DNA of 64,000 bases from Squalus acanthias (lineage: Eukaryota). This document shows positions 63,722-64,000 of this stretch, piece by piece. Every line of letters begins with the position of its first letter. The stretch's first letter is position 1. Below the pieces are notes generated by a model. It was given only the letters and a program-made list of their open reading frames with translations. It was not told the DNA's origin and ran no database searches. Position numbers and translations under genes: made by a program. The stretch covers positions 105,774,001 through 105,838,000 of the forward strand of contig CM059432.1 of assembly GCA_030390025.1 (NCBI GenBank), given 5' to 3'.

Positions 63722-64000
63722 GGGCTGGATTTTCATTGACCCGTGGAGGCGGGTTTGGAGGCGTGTGGGGGGTTAAAATTGCAAAAACTGGCGGGTGGGC
63801 ACAAGCCCGCCTCCATCCCGCCTCCACGCAATTTTCATTAAATCGTGTCTGCTGGTCCCGACTCCGTCCCGCCTCTAAGGGGCGGGATAGGCTGTTAAGG
63901 CCCTTAACAAGCACTAAATTGCCTCTATAATGCCATTTTGAAAGGCCTTTATGATTTTAACCCTGTTCTGAACCACGAATGTGAAACCTGGCGGGAGCAC
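63722..64000. mobile_element. Probable MITE start, runs off the window
   Basis: gggctggattttc terminus abruptly replaces CR1 sequence; GC-rich. Confidence 0.5.

Noticed and set aside
52700..64000. Exons of a downstream neighbouring gene
   Set aside because: No non-repeat coding similarity recognised; short exons could be missed

Overview
Vertebrate genomic DNA. The repeat families (V-SINE/HE1-like and DeuSINE/SacSINE1-like SINEs, abundant CR1/L2, Penelope-like elements) point to a cartilaginous fish, probably a shark. One host gene is present: MAL2 (MARVEL-domain proteolipid), + strand, 4 coding exons (17-145, 247-417, 36805-36969, 50055-50126), 178 aa, all introns phase 0 and GT-AG. Most of the remaining sequence is nested mobile DNA plus a ~4.8 kb CT-rich tract. 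Top candidate: a LINE family with four copies. Two copies start with a tRNA-derived Pol III promoter; in one of them it leads, with no ORF1, straight into the endonuclease-RT ORF. No copy has a TTTT terminator on its sense strand, which suggests a protein-coding retrotransposon transcribed by Pol III. Also notable: covarying minimal hammerhead ribozymes in the Penelope-like elements, a near-perfect 94-bp-arm palindrome carrying two hammerheads, uniform 12-bp TSDs at three Neptune-type insertions, and a CR1 with a near-identical copy of its 3' end inserted antisense inside it. Repeat boundaries were read by eye (approximate unless a TSD is quoted), and family names come from recalled motifs, not database searches.
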